Of a stretch of DNA of 64,000 bases, positions 1 through 10,187 are shown piece by piece. The stretch's first letter is position 1; each line of letters starts with the position of its first letter. Made by a program: the position numbers and the translations under genes. The notes beneath the pieces were generated by a model. That model did not search any database. It was given only the letters and a program-made list of their open reading frames with translations, and was not told the DNA's origin. Source of the stretch: Ignavibacteriota bacterium (GTDB lineage: Bacteria > Bacteroidota > Ignavibacteria > UBA10030 > UBA6906); assembly GCA_963801355.1 (NCBI GenBank), contig CAWDEM010000008.1, positions 2,464,001 to 2,528,000 on the forward strand, written 5' to 3'.

Positions 1-212
1 TCGAACACAATGAAAATCAAGGCGATAACGTAGAAACGGATGTTGAACCTCATGCGGGAATCGCCGACCGGGCTTTCGCCGCACTCGTAGGTCGTGCGCT
101 TGCTGGGATACGGGCGATCCGGACGGAGAAACCATGCGATCGCCATCCCGATGGCAACGAACACGACACCGATGAGGATGAAAATAAACACACGACCGAA
201 TTCGGTGAGCAT
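1..212 (-). CDS. nuoA: NADH-quinone oxidoreductase subunit A (5' part, runs off window)
   Basis: Manual translation MLTEFGRVFIFILIGVVFVAIGMAIAWFLRPDRPYPSKRTTYECGESPVGDSRMRFNIRFYVIALIFIVF; YECG and FY..A..F..FD NuoA motifs. Confidence 0.93.
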   Translation of the reverse strand, partial: MLTEFGRVFIFILIGVVFVAIGMAIAWFLRPDRPYPSKRTTYECGESPVGDSRMRFNIRFYVIALIFIVF

Positions 213-282
213 CAAACGAGGTCTCCGGAAACAAGAGGGTGAGATTCTACGTGCGAAGACAGGTGTCAAACAACGGTATTTG

Positions 283-311
283 AAGATAGAAAATAATGGT
301 GGAATTGTCAA
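283..311 (-). promoter_or_regulatory. sigma70-type promoter for nuo operon
   Basis: TTGACA-N17-TATCTT on minus strand, about 70 bp upstream of nuoA ATG. Confidence 0.65.
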
Positions 312-372
312 TAACGCCAGCGATGGCCCTGGGGCCATCGCTGGTATCCACAACGTTAGGATCTTCCGGATC

Positions 373-603
373 TCACGCTGTGAGGTCCGCCTGAGGTGAA
401 GAGGGGCTGGGGACAACCTCCCCGTGGCTATTGTACACCTGCAGGGGAAGTTGTCGTGCGGGCTCATTCATGCGTGGAGAAGTAGCGCGCTCTTCCGGCA
501 TCTGCGCCTTGACCGTTTTCGCGGGGGCGTGCTCCGTCACTCTCTCCATCGGCACGGCCGCCACGGTCTGACCCGCTCCGCTCACAACACCATTGCTCGT
601 CAT
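373..603 (-). CDS. Small hypothetical protein (76 aa)
   Basis: ORF with GGAGA SD upstream, fills intergenic gap, preceded by sigma54-like promoter. Confidence 0.55.
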   Translation of the reverse strand: MTSNGVVSGAGQTVAAVPMERVTEHAPAKTVKAQMPEERATSPRMNEPARQLPLQVYNSHGEVVPSPSSPQADLTA

Positions 604-666
604 GCGCTTTTCTCCACCCTCAGTTCAGGACACGTTCCCTGCCGCCTCTCCCCTGGTCAAAAAGAA

Positions 667-682
667 TGCAAAAATCACGCCA
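667..682 (-). promoter_or_regulatory. sigma54 (-24/-12) promoter
   Basis: TGGCGTGATTTTTGCA: GG-N10-GC with TTGCA -12 box, 64 bp upstream of the 76-aa ORF. Confidence 0.6.
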
Positions 683-755
683 TAGTGGAACAACCGAAAA
701 TGTCCGCAAAACGTCCCCGGGACGGCACCGGGAAAGCAGGGGACCCGGGGCTGCG

Positions 756-779
756 TGCACATTTGTACATCTGTACATT
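756..779. repeat. Three tandem 8-bp repeats (TGYACATY), possible activator site
   Basis: tgcacatt-tgtacatc-tgtacatt, each containing a 6-bp palindrome (GTGCAC or TGTACA). Confidence 0.45.
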
Positions 780-795
780 CCCTGATCACCACATC

Positions 796-2505
796 CTAGG
801 GTTTCTTGACGAGGTATCGTTTGACCTTCTGGGTCGTCGTTTTTTCGAACTCGTTCTCGCGGAGATGGAATGTGCGAATCTGCTTGTACCCCGGAAGTTC
901 CTTATTCACTTTCGCCACTTCCGCCCCGATCACTTCCTTCATCAGCTCGTCCGTGATCTGGATTCCCCGCGTCTCGGCAAGCTCGATGAACGCCTCCGCA
1001 TCGGGAACAATCTGCGCAGCGATGATCTCGTCATGCTTCTCGTCCGGCTCTCCGTAGATCATCGACTCCAGCACGTAGGGGCTCCGGTGGAGGATGTCCT
1101 CGATTTCCTCCGGGTACACATTCTCGCCCCGTCGTGAGATGATGACGTTCTTCGTCCGGCCGCTAATGTGCAGAAACCCGTCTTCATCCCGGAAGCCGAG
1201 ATCGCCGGTCTTGAACCATTCACCTTCAAACGTATCACGGGTAGCCTGTTCATTCTTGTAGTAGCCCAGCATGACGTTGGGCCCCTTCGCCCACACCTCA
1301 CCCACCCCTTCGTTGTTCGGCGCATGAATCTTGAGAGTCACACCGGGTAAGGGGAGGCCGGCAGCATTGTCCTTGAAGTTATTCAGCTGGTTCAACGCAA
1401 GGATGGGAGCGGTTTCTGTCAACCCGTACCCCTGCAGGAAATTGAAGCCGAATTCCCGTAATCCTTTTGCCACCGTCGGGTCCGGCGCAGCGCCGCCGGC
1501 TATGAAGAGACGGATCTGCCCTCCGAAACGATCGTGTATCTCCTTGAACACCTGCCGCCTGAAACCCTTCCAGCCAAACCATTCCAGGAAATTGCTGGCC
1601 TTAATCAACGGGGGGACCACCTTGGCGGTCACGGGCTTCTCCTGAATGCCCTTGGAGATGCGTTTGAACATCTTGTCGTACAGCAACGGTATCCCGAGCA
1701 ACACCGTCGCGTGTGATGACTGGAGATCGTCCGTCACCGTCTTCAGCGACCTTGCATAGAACACCGAGGCACCAGTGTAGAGAGGGCACAGCATACCACA
1801 GGTACATTCATAGGTGTGGTGCATCGGAAGCACCGAGAGGAACCGGTCCTCCGGGTAGATCATGAGCATCCCCACCATGCCCACGAGGTTGGCCGCCAGA
1901 TTGGCCTGACTCAACATCACGGCTTTGGCCCTGCCAAGAGACCCTGAAGTGAAGATGATCTCCGCCATTTCTTCCGGCACGATGCGCGGAAGATTGTCCA
2001 CGGTGTGCCCCGGGCTCTGCGTGATCAACTCCATCATGGACAGAATTCCCTCGCCTTCGGCCGGGCGGTCCATGTTCATATAGAATTTCAGGTTCTTCAG
2101 GGACATGCGCCGTTCACTGAGCATGGGTTGAAACGCCTCAGAATAGATCACCGCCACGGAATCCGATTCGTGCAGAATATTCAGGATCTCATTGACCCCC
2201 AGTCTGGCGTCGATCGGCACCACAACATAGTTGAAACACATGAGCGTAAGATAGCTGAGGCCCCATTGCACGCGGTTCTCACCGATGATGGCGATGTGGG
2301 ACCTCTCCGGCAGTCCAAGCGCACGAAGCGCGCCGCCGAAGCGGAGGACCTGTGACAGGATCTCCGCGTAGGTCAACCGCCGCATCGGTGTTTCCTTCAG
2401 ATCCTGAAGCGCCTCTTTGTGCGCGTAGACGTGCGCGGAACGAATCACAAGATCCTGGATGGAGCGGATCTCCGGAACGGTGTTGTAGGTGATTTTGCGT
2501 TTCAT
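796..2505 (-). CDS. fadD: Long-chain-fatty-acid--CoA ligase (AMP-binding)
   Basis: IIFTSGSLGRAK, QGYGLTET and WFKTGDLG motifs; start moved to MKRKITY, which overlaps the fumarase stop (ATGA). Confidence 0.88.
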   Translation of the reverse strand: MKRKITYNTVPEIRSIQDLVIRSAHVYAHKEALQDLKETPMRRLTYAEILSQVLRFGGALRALGLPERSHIAIIGENRVQWGLSYLTLMCFNYVVVPIDARLGVNEILNILHESDSVAVIYSEAFQPMLSERRMSLKNLKFYMNMDRPAEGEGILSMMELITQSPGHTVDNLPRIVPEEMAEIIFTSGSLGRAKAVMLSQANLAANLVGMVGMLMIYPEDRFLSVLPMHHTYECTCGMLCPLYTGASVFYARSLKTVTDDLQSSHATVLLGIPLLYDKMFKRISKGIQEKPVTAKVVPPLIKASNFLEWFGWKGFRRQVFKEIHDRFGGQIRLFIAGGAAPDPTVAKGLREFGFNFLQGYGLTETAPILALNQLNNFKDNAAGLPLPGVTLKIHAPNNEGVGEVWAKGPNVMLGYYKNEQATRDTFEGEWFKTGDLGFRDEDGFLHISGRTKNVIISRRGENVYPEEIEDILHRSPYVLESMIYGEPDEKHDEIIAAQIVPDAEAFIELAETRGIQITDELMKEVIGAEVAKVNKELPGYKQIRTFHLRENEFEKTTTQKVKRYLVKKP

Positions 2506-4025
2506 GGTTTTCCCGGCTCCACAAATTTGGCGAGTTCTTGAGACGAACGCTGTTCGACGTCCGCGTGCAAACTGTTCCCGTGCGCATCCATTGTCACAAT
2601 CGCGGGAAAATCCTTTACCGTAATATGCCACATGGCCTCGGGAATGCCGAAATCCAGAAAATCCACACCCTGGACGCCCGTGATGCACTGCGTGTAGTAT
2701 TGCGCCGCACCGCCGATGGCGTTCAGATACACCGCCCCGACCTCCTGCAGTGCGGCAAGCGTCTTCCGCCCCATCCCCCCTTTCCCGATCACGGCACGTA
2801 TGCGGAACTTGCGAAGGATATCCGCCTGGTACGGTTCTTCCCGGCCGCTCGTGGTCGGCCCGGCTGCATTCAGGTACCACGTGTCGTCCTTCCTCAGGGC
2901 CACCGGACCGCAATGGTATATCGCGCCACCGCTCAACTCCACGGGCGAGTCGTGTGTCATCAGGTGGTGGTGTAAGCTGTCACGTCCCGTATGCATCGGG
3001 CCATTCAGAAGCACGACATCACCGACCTTCAGCGCTCTCACCTGTTCCTCGGCAAGGGGCAGTGTCAACCGGATTTCGCGGCCTGAAAGCGGCACGCCGG
3101 CCCCGCGCGCCATCCTGATCGCGGGGGTATCATCTTTGTAGAGCCAGCGCAGAAGCGCGCCGGTCCGGCTGTCGATGACGACCCCCAGGCGCCGGAAGGC
3201 CCAACAGTTGTACGCGACGGATACGAAAAAGCTGGCCGGCAACCTGTGCAGGGCGGCGATCTTGCAGCCTATCAACGTCGCATTCCCGCCGAACCCCATC
3301 GTCCCGATCCCGAGTTCGTTGGCGTGCTCGAGAATATACTGTTCCAGCCCGGCCAGCTCAGGCACCGGATTGACATCATCCAACGACCGGAACAGCTGCG
3401 CCTTCGCACATTGATACCCTGATGTTCTGTCACCGCCGATCGCCACCCCTATCGCACCGGCGCTGCACCCGTGGCCCTGTGCCTGCCACACCGCGTGGAG
3501 AATGCACTTCCTGACGCCGTCAAGGTTCCGGTCTGCCCTCCCCAGTTGCGGCAATTCACAGGGGACGGAATACTGGATGTTCTTGTTTTCACAGCCGCCG
3601 CCTTTCAGCAGCAGGCGGACTTCAATGTCATCATGTTCCCACTGGTGGAAGTGAACGACAGGAGCGCCTTCACCCAGGTTGTTTCCGCTGTTCTTTCCCG
3701 TCAGGGAATCGACGGCGTTCGGACGGAGTTTCCCCTGCTTCGTGGCCTCGGCGATCGCTTTGCGTATCTCCTCCTCCATGCGAATCTGGTTCGCTCCGGG
3801 CGGGACCATGATCTCGAATGTCGGCATGCCGGTGTCCTGGCAGATCGGCACCTGGCCGTCGCACGCAAGATCAATGTTGACGGCAATGGTCTCCAACGCG
3901 AGCATCGATTGGGTCGCGGGCGTTTCACGATCCCGCGCGGCAATGATCGCCCGGCGCACGTCCGGGGGAAGATTGCTGGACGTCTCCACAATCAGTTCGT
4001 ACATGCTTGACGCAAAATGTTCCAT
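2502..4025 (-). CDS. Class I (Fe-S) fumarate hydratase, fused alpha/beta
   Basis: PICQDTG, KGGGCEN, GPTTS.R and IGKGG motifs; GGAGG SD before MEHFAS. Confidence 0.9.
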   Translation of the reverse strand: MEHFASSMYELIVETSSNLPPDVRRAIIAARDRETPATQSMLALETIAVNIDLACDGQVPICQDTGMPTFEIMVPPGANQIRMEEEIRKAIAEATKQGKLRPNAVDSLTGKNSGNNLGEGAPVVHFHQWEHDDIEVRLLLKGGGCENKNIQYSVPCELPQLGRADRNLDGVRKCILHAVWQAQGHGCSAGAIGVAIGGDRTSGYQCAKAQLFRSLDDVNPVPELAGLEQYILEHANELGIGTMGFGGNATLIGCKIAALHRLPASFFVSVAYNCWAFRRLGVVIDSRTGALLRWLYKDDTPAIRMARGAGVPLSGREIRLTLPLAEEQVRALKVGDVVLLNGPMHTGRDSLHHHLMTHDSPVELSGGAIYHCGPVALRKDDTWYLNAAGPTTSGREEPYQADILRKFRIRAVIGKGGMGRKTLAALQEVGAVYLNAIGGAAQYYTQCITGVQGVDFLDFGIPEAMWHITVKDFPAIVTMDAHGNSLHADVEQRSSQELAKFVEPGKP

Positions 4026-4036
4026 GCAACCTCCAC

Positions 4037-4729
4037 TCAAGTGCTGTAGTCGGGCTGGTTGACATACGGGATGGGGTCGGGAATGCCGGCCTGCTGGAAG
4101 CCGCGCAGGCGGAGCGCGCAACTGTCACACACACCGCAGGCGGCATCTTCGCGTTGATAACACGACCACGTCAGATGAAAAGGTGCTCTGAGTTCAACCC
4201 CTTTGCGAACGATTGCGGTCTTCGTCAGATGAAGAAGCGGCGTGATGATCTGGATGTGCGTCTCAGGCCGGGTCCCCTCGCGGACGACCGCATTGAACGC
4301 TTCATAGAAACTGCGCCTGCAGTCGGGATATCCCGGGGCATCTTCCTCAACCGCGCCGATAAACACTCCTTCCGCCCGGATCACCTCCGCCCAGCTCACC
4401 GCCGCAGCGAGGAGATTCGCATTCCGGAAAGGCACATAGGATGTCGGAATCCCCGCCGGACGCAGATTCGCCGGCGTCACCTGCATCGTGCGGTCTGTGA
4501 GACTCGACCCCCCGATCACTGCTAGGTGTTCCATCGAAACGGACAACGACTTCGTGACGCCGTAGTGAGCGGCAATCTCCCGGAACGCGCGGAGTTCACG
4601 TGCTTCCGTGCGCTGGCCGTAATTCAAATGAAGGAATGCACAGTCGAAGTCGTGCGCGGCAATCGCCGCCGTGACACAACTATCCATCCCCCCGCTGACA
4701 AGCACGACAGCACGAGGTCGTGGCATCAC
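4037..4729 (-). CDS. queC: 7-cyano-7-deazaguanine synthase
   Basis: SGGMDS PP-loop, YGQR, YVPFRN, YPDCR, TWSCY..CGVCDSC Zn site. Confidence 0.95.
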   Translation of the reverse strand: MMPRPRAVVLVSGGMDSCVTAAIAAHDFDCAFLHLNYGQRTEARELRAFREIAAHYGVTKSLSVSMEHLAVIGGSSLTDRTMQVTPANLRPAGIPTSYVPFRNANLLAAAVSWAEVIRAEGVFIGAVEEDAPGYPDCRRSFYEAFNAVVREGTRPETHIQIITPLLHLTKTAIVRKGVELRAPFHLTWSCYQREDAACGVCDSCALRLRGFQQAGIPDPIPYVNQPDYST

Positions 4730-4794
4730 GCACCGTGGTAGGATTGACCGAGTTAGAGTTCTGGCATGCGGTGGTGGGACAGTCTCACCGGGCT

Positions 4795-4823
4795 AACATA
4801 AGAAGAACATCAAGGAAATGCAA
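4795..4823 (-). promoter_or_regulatory. sigma70-type promoter for queC-fum-fadD
   Basis: TTGCAT-N17-TATGTT. Confidence 0.5.
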
Positions 4824-4922
4824 GGCGCTGATGATGGCCTTGAGAGGGGGGCCGGGGAGGCCCGGCGAGAGAGAAAGTGCAAGAAAGACGGGTGCTCTAC
4901 CGCGCAAGGTTGGACTAGTGCC

Positions 4923-5020
4923 GTCCCAACGATCTTCTGCTAGCAAAGAACTCGGAGGATCGTTGTTGGGACGTGCCCTGTGCCCCCCCTGTTCATAGCA
5001 AATGAAAGTTGTGGGGGCAC
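4923..5020. repeat. Two adjacent imperfect hairpins sharing TAGCAAA in the loop
   Basis: gtcccaacgatc...gatcgttgttgggac and gtgccccc..ttca-TAGCAAA-tgaa..gggggcac. Confidence 0.5.
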
Positions 5021-5640
5021 TAGGCCAGCACCTGTTTTCTGCGCAGAAGGGTCTGCGCAACTGCCGCGGCGACCACCTCGCCATCTGCCGGTTTCACGAT
5101 AAAATCATCGACGCCGAACCGCTTGCCGGCGATCAGGATGTCCCGATCGATGCGTGTGGCATGGAAGAGAAATGGAATGTCTTTGAAGGCGGGGTTGCTG
5201 CGCACCCAGAGAAAGAGGTCAAACCCGCGAGGCCCGGACTCAAAATTCACCTCTGACACCACGACATCGGGCAGGAGTCTTGACAGCGCCTCGACGGCTT
5301 CGTCATACGTGGCCGCTCCGATCCACTGGTATCCGTGCCGGCGCATGGTCGTGCCAAGGCCGGTGAGCACCCGCTCATCCTGATCAACACAGAGCACCAG
5401 CTCATTTCTCCTCGTGTGTCCGTTGCGCTGGCTGGATCCGGTGTGCCGCTGGCCGATCTCGGTCAGCAGCGCCTCGATCTGGGAACGCAGCGCCAGGCCG
5501 TCGCCGTTGGCAGGATCCATGGTCAGTATGGTGTCGACGGCCTCACGCGCGACCGGGTACCGTCCCATACGGACGAATTCGGAAGCTCTACGGACAAAAT
5601 GCTCGATTTTCGCCTGGTGAAACGTCTCACGGGGTGTCAT
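5020..5640 (-). CDS. Response regulator-like protein (TPR-like N-terminus + atypical receiver domain)
   Basis: VLCVDQDE...PDVVVSEVNF...IPFLF...GVDDFIVKP; start at MTPRETF. Confidence 0.8.
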   Translation of the reverse strand: MTPRETFHQAKIEHFVRRASEFVRMGRYPVAREAVDTILTMDPANGDGLALRSQIEALLTEIGQRHTGSSQRNGHTRRNELVLCVDQDERVLTGLGTTMRRHGYQWIGAATYDEAVEALSRLLPDVVVSEVNFESGPRGFDLFLWVRSNPAFKDIPFLFHATRIDRDILIAGKRFGVDDFIVKPADGEVVAAAVAQTLLRRKQVLA

Positions 5641-5784
5641 GAATGGTGCATCCTTCAGTCGGCTGTGTTGATGCGCTGGTTGGAAAGGTGCGCAACGCAA
5701 TCTACACAATTGGCATCGGCAAGGATGTGCCCCATGTCACTGCCTGCCGGGTGTCACCGATGTGCGGCAACACCTGCAGGCGGT

Positions 5785-6657
5785 TCACGGCTGAATGAGA
5801 TTGAGCATCAGGAGGGCGGTAAGAGCGAGGCCCAGGAGGAGACGGTAGACGACAAACACCAGGGTGGTATTCTTCATCAGATAACGGAGCAACCAGGCAA
5901 TAGCGGCATAACCGGATATCGCCGCCACAACCGTCGAGAGCGCAAGGTTGGCGAGGCCGAGTGCGAAAACGTCGTCGCCGGCCCGTAGCATGCCGGCGAC
6001 CTTCAGCAGTTCGAACATGCCGCTCGCAAGCACGGCGGGAATGCTGAGCAGAAAGGAAAAACGTGCAGCGGATTCCCGCTGCAATCCGAGAAACAACCCC
6101 GCCGTGATGGTCGTTCCGGAGCGGGACGCTCCCGGGATCAGTGCACATGCCTGTGCAAAACCGATGACGAGAGCATCCACCCAATGCATCTGATGGATTC
6201 CCCGCACATGCCGTGCGAGCTTCTCAGCCAGCCAGAGGAGCGCGGCGAGCCCGACCAGGCTTGCGACGATGACCAGGAGGCTCTTCGTCAGCGCGCCTTC
6301 GATCTGGTGGCGGAAGAAGTACCCGATCAGGGCCACCGGCAGTGTGCCGAGTGCGATCAGCCAGCCCAGCCGTGCCTCGGGTCCGGCCGGTTGCGACCAG
6401 CTCCCGCGCAGGCGCTGGCGTGCATCACGGAAGACCGCAATGATCATCTGCAGGATATCGCGGCGGAAGTACAGAAGCACGGCGGCCATCGTCCCGAGTT
6501 GCATGACTGCAATGAAGGCAGTCCAGGCTTCGGGATGTTCCTCGCTCACAAGGCCGAGAACCTTTCCGGCGATCGTCAGATGCGCAGTACTGCTGATCGG
6601 CAGGAATTCGGTCAGGCCCTGCACGATGCCGAGAACAATGGCTTCCAGTAAATTCAC
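5785..6657 (-). CDS. uppP: Undecaprenyl-diphosphatase
   Basis: GIVQGLTEFLPISSTAH and PGASRSGTTI motifs. Confidence 0.95.
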   Translation of the reverse strand: MNLLEAIVLGIVQGLTEFLPISSTAHLTIAGKVLGLVSEEHPEAWTAFIAVMQLGTMAAVLLYFRRDILQMIIAVFRDARQRLRGSWSQPAGPEARLGWLIALGTLPVALIGYFFRHQIEGALTKSLLVIVASLVGLAALLWLAEKLARHVRGIHQMHWVDALVIGFAQACALIPGASRSGTTITAGLFLGLQRESAARFSFLLSIPAVLASGMFELLKVAGMLRAGDDVFALGLANLALSTVVAAISGYAAIAWLLRYLMKNTTLVFVVYRLLLGLALTALLMLNLIQP

Positions 6658-6684
6658 GCAATCTCCGTCAGAGTGGCACCATAC

Positions 6685-7815
6685 TCATCCGAGAATCGCC
6701 AGCAACACACCCGCCGCGATAGCCGTACCGATGACGCCCGCCACATTGGGTCCCATGGCATGCATCAGAAGGTAGTTCTGGGGGTTGTACTCCTGCCCGA
6801 TGTTGTGCGAGACACGGGCCGCCATCGGAACGGCAGAGACACCGGCCGACCCGATCAGCGGATTGACTTTTCCACCCGTGAGGCGGTACATCACTTTGCC
6901 GAGGAGCACCCCGCCGACAGTGGAGAACCCGAAAGCAATCACGCCCAGTACGATGATCTTCATCGTCTCCCAGCGCAGGAATACGTCCGCCCCCATGGTC
7001 ATCCCCACACACGTGCCGAGAAAGAACGTTACGATATTGATGAGCTCGTTCTGGGCCATATTGGTGAGACGCTCGACCACACCGCTTTCACGGAGGAGGT
7101 TCCCCCCCATAAGCATAGCCAGCAGCGGCGCAGCAGGAGGGACGACGAACACACCCACGACGGTGACTGCAAGGGGGAAGATGATCTTCACCTTGTGGGA
7201 CACCGGCTTCGGTATCTCCATGACAACGGTGCGTTCCTTTTCGGTTGTGAGCAACCGCATGATGGGCGGTTGAATGAGCGGGACAAGGGCCATATAGGAG
7301 TAGGCGGCCACAGCGATGGGTCCGAGGAGGTGCGGCGCGAGTTTGAGCGTCAGGTAGATGGCCGTCGGTCCGTCGGCGCCGCCGATAATGCCGATCGCCG
7401 CCGCTTCTTTGAACGTGAAGCCGAGAGCGACCGCGGACATGAGCGCAACGAACACGCCAAACTGGGCGGCCGCGCCCAGCAAAAACGTTTTGGGATTCGA
7501 CAGGAGCGGTCCGAAATCGGTCATTGCCCCGATGCCAAGAAAGATCAGCGGCGGAAAAATCTCCAGCTCGATCCCTTTGGAGAGATAGTAGTACAATCCG
7601 CCGATTTCCGACCCGCTGGGCGGCGTCAACAGTCCGTTCCCCGGCAGGTTCGCCAGAAATGCTCCGAGCCCGATCGGCAGGAGCAGGAGCGGCTCAAACC
7701 CCCGGCGGATCGCCAGATAGATAAGCAGTGACGCAACGGTAAGCATCACCACGTTTCCCCAGGTGAGAGACCAGAACCCCATCCCCGCTACAAATTTTTG
7801 CAGATTCTCGATCAT
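6685..7815 (-). CDS. mmdB: Na+-translocating decarboxylase beta subunit
   Basis: [48 protein letters not shown]. Confidence 0.93.
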   Translation of the reverse strand: MIENLQKFVAGMGFWSLTWGNVVMLTVASLLIYLAIRRGFEPLLLLPIGLGAFLANLPGNGLLTPPSGSEIGGLYYYLSKGIELEIFPPLIFLGIGAMTDFGPLLSNPKTFLLGAAAQFGVFVALMSAVALGFTFKEAAAIGIIGGADGPTAIYLTLKLAPHLLGPIAVAAYSYMALVPLIQPPIMRLLTTEKERTVVMEIPKPVSHKVKIIFPLAVTVVGVFVVPPAAPLLAMLMGGNLLRESGVVERLTNMAQNELINIVTFFLGTCVGMTMGADVFLRWETMKIIVLGVIAFGFSTVGGVLLGKVMYRLTGGKVNPLIGSAGVSAVPMAARVSHNIGQEYNPQNYLLMHAMGPNVAGVIGTAIAAGVLLAILG

Positions 7816-7826
7816 GAGGGATCCGC

Positions 7827-8237
7827 CTATTCGAACGAGAGGAGTACTTGACCCGCCTCGATTTTGTCACCCGGTTTCACTTTGATGGCCTTGATCTTGC
7901 CGTTTTGCGGGGATGAAATATTCGTCTTCATCTTCATCGCCTCGAGGACAAACAGCACGTCATTCTGCTTGACCGTATCCCCTTCCTTGACCGGGATTTC
8001 CAGAACAACCCCATTGATCGGTGATGTCAGCGATTTCTTATCCGCACCCGATACTTTTCCTTTTGGAGAGGCAGTCGAAGGCATGGCCAGGGAAGCGGTT
8101 GGCGGAGTCACATAGCTGTCGACAACCCGTGGGGGGGGGTGGAACGCATGTTGTGGTTCCACTAGATCATCGTCCTGGACGACCTCCACATCGACTTCGT
8201 AGCGTTTGCCGTTGACGGTAATAAGCAGCTTTTTCAT
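7827..8237 (-). CDS. mmdC: Biotin carboxyl carrier (gamma) subunit of methylmalonyl-CoA decarboxylase
   Basis: [14 protein letters not shown]-terminus, Pro/Ala linker, EAMKM biotinylation motif. Confidence 0.9.
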   Translation of the reverse strand: MKKLLITVNGKRYEVDVEVVQDDDLVEPQHAFHPPPRVVDSYVTPPTASLAMPSTASPKGKVSGADKKSLTSPINGVVLEIPVKEGDTVKQNDVLFVLEAMKMKTNISSPQNGKIKAIKVKPGDKIEAGQVLLSFE

Positions 8238-8587
8238 AGTGGCGATTTCCTTCTTGAGATTGCATGAGAAGCCATGATGTTGAGCCGCCCGGTGACGGCC
8301 CATGCCGGTTCCGCCGAAGGTTCCAGGAAACGCACGCGGCGGATGGAGATCGGGCGCTTGAGCATGACGGTCGCTGATGCGGCAAGCACGGCGACGATTT
8401 CATCGTTTAGATCGACATCCACCTTGTGCGTGTCGACCTTCGTCGCGTAGTTCTTGATGCGCCGGGAATTCAGCCATTCATCGGCATTTTTTAAGAACCA
8501 GATGAGGCCGGCGAGTGCGCTGAGGACGACCAGGGTCACCGACATGCCGACAACCAGAAGGAGAAGGCTTTGCGTGAAGTTATCCAT
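8234..8587 (-). CDS. OadG/MmdD-family delta subunit
   Basis: Single N-terminal TM (VVGMSVTLVVL), EIVAVLAAS and W...GR motifs, position in operon. Confidence 0.82.
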   Translation of the reverse strand: MDNFTQSLLLLVVGMSVTLVVLSALAGLIWFLKNADEWLNSRRIKNYATKVDTHKVDVDLNDEIVAVLAASATVMLKRPISIRRVRFLEPSAEPAWAVTGRLNIMASHAISRRKSPL

Positions 8588-8603
8588 GTTCCGGTCCCCG
8601 CTC

Positions 8604-10157
8604 TTAGAGCGGTATCAATCCATGTTTTTTCTGCGGACGCTGGTCGCGCTTGTTTCGCAACGATTCCAGGGCGACGGAAAGATAGGCCCGGGTCGCCTTC
8701 GGCTCGATGACGGCATCCACCATGCCGCGCTGCGCCGCCTGGTACGGTGTCGAGAATTCCTGCTTGTATCGGGCGATGAGACGCGCGCGGACCTCTTTGG
8801 GATCAGGGGCATTCTTGATATCGCTGCGGTACAGCACATTTACAGCGCCCTCGGCACCCATGACGGCAATTTCCGCGGTCGGCCATGCGGCAACGCGGTC
8901 CGCCCCCAGCGACTTGGCGCACATTGCCAGATAAGCTCCACCATAGGCCTTGCGGACAACCACCGTGATCTTCGGCACGGTGGAGGCGGAGAATGAAAAG
9001 AGCATCTTCGCGCCATGCCGGATGATCCCGCCGAACTCCTGTTCGACTCCCGGCAGAAATCCCGGGACATCCACGAACTGAATGAGCGGGACATTGAACG
9101 CATTGCAGAAGCGGATGAAGCGGGATGCTTTGTCGGAGGCGTCAATATCAATCGCACCAAATTTCGCTGCGGGCTGGTTCGCCACAACGCCCACCACCCT
9201 GCCGTTGAGCCGCGCAAAGCAGACAATGATGTTCATCGCATAGTGGCTGTGCACTTCGAACAGGGTATCGGGATCGAAAATCCTCTGCAGGATGTCAAAC
9301 ATATTGTACGGATCGCGCGGATCGTCCGGCACCACGGTGTTCAGAGCTTCATCTTCGATAATAGTCAACTCCCCCGTATGCTGTGAGGGGGGATCTTCGG
9401 TGTTGTTATTCGGGAGATAGCTGAGAAGCCGTTGTACGATCTCGATGGCGTCAGCATCATCACGGGCGATGAAATGGACGTTGCCGCTTTGTGCCGACTG
9501 GGCCTCCGCTCCGCCGAGTTCTTCCGCACTGATCGATTCCCCCGTGGCCTCCCGGATCACCTCCGGCCCCGCGATGAACAGCTGCCCGATCCCCTTGACC
9601 ATGACGATGAAATCCGTCAGGGCCGGGGAGTACGCCGCACCTCCCGCACACGGGCCGGCAATGATGGAGATCTGCGGGACGACACCGGAAAGCAGGGTGT
9701 TGTGATAGAAGATCCTGCCGTATCCCTGGAGTGAATCGACACCTTCCTGTATGCGCGCGCCGCCACTGTCATTGATCGCGATGTAGGGTGCACCCGCTTT
9801 CAGTGCCATTTCCATGATATCGCAGATTTTCCACGCGTGCATCAATCCCACGCTTCCACCCATGACGGTGAAATCCTGCGACGAGGCATAGACGAGCCGC
9901 CCCCCGATGGCCCCCAATCCCGTGACCACCCCGTCGGCCGGCAAATCGCGTCCCGCCATGCCGAATGATGTGGAATGATGCTGTACCAGCCGGAAGAGTT
10001 CGTCATAGAAGCCATGATCGAACAACAGGTGAAGGCGTTCATGAGCGGTCATCTTTCCCGCTTTGTGCTGGGCGTCAATCTTCTCCACACCCCCACCCAG
10101 AATCACCAACGCGTTCTTTTCCTTCAATTCCTGGAGTTTTTCCTGTACCGTAGCCAT
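8604..10157 (-). CDS. mmdA: Methylmalonyl-CoA decarboxylase alpha (carboxyltransferase) subunit
   Basis: DSGGARIQEG, GPCAGGAAYSPALTD, DVPGFLPG, RKAYGGAY, KKHG.IPL. Confidence 0.9.
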   Translation of the reverse strand: MATVQEKLQELKEKNALVILGGGVEKIDAQHKAGKMTAHERLHLLFDHGFYDELFRLVQHHSTSFGMAGRDLPADGVVTGLGAIGGRLVYASSQDFTVMGGSVGLMHAWKICDIMEMALKAGAPYIAINDSGGARIQEGVDSLQGYGRIFYHNTLLSGVVPQISIIAGPCAGGAAYSPALTDFIVMVKGIGQLFIAGPEVIREATGESISAEELGGAEAQSAQSGNVHFIARDDADAIEIVQRLLSYLPNNNTEDPPSQHTGELTIIEDEALNTVVPDDPRDPYNMFDILQRIFDPDTLFEVHSHYAMNIIVCFARLNGRVVGVVANQPAAKFGAIDIDASDKASRFIRFCNAFNVPLIQFVDVPGFLPGVEQEFGGIIRHGAKMLFSFSASTVPKITVVVRKAYGGAYLAMCAKSLGADRVAAWPTAEIAVMGAEGAVNVLYRSDIKNAPDPKEVRARLIARYKQEFSTPYQAAQRGMVDAVIEPKATRAYLSVALESLRNKRDQRPQKKHGLIPL

Positions 10158-10187
10158 GTGTTGAGTTCCTGTGGATGTGACGCCGCC

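Noticed and set aside
2506-2913. N-terminal extensions in the ORF track (fadD to 2913; likewise ORFs extended to 4121, 18778, 45585 and 50050)
   Set aside because: They overlap upstream genes; internal ATGs with SD, signal peptide or ATGA coupling are better starts
4730-4795. preQ1 riboswitch upstream of queC
   Set aside because: No recognisable preQ1 stem-loop with A-rich tail
4923-4972. Integron attC site (..CAAC / GTTG.. ends)
   Set aside because: Ends do not fit RYYYAAC/GTTRRRY, no R/L box spacer geometry, no integrase or cassette array
6673-7731. Long plus-strand ORFs antisense to real genes (e.g. 6673-7731, 10679-11944, 36271-37353, 56275-57300)
   Set aside because: Shadow ORFs typical of high-GC coding DNA, with no recognisable motifs
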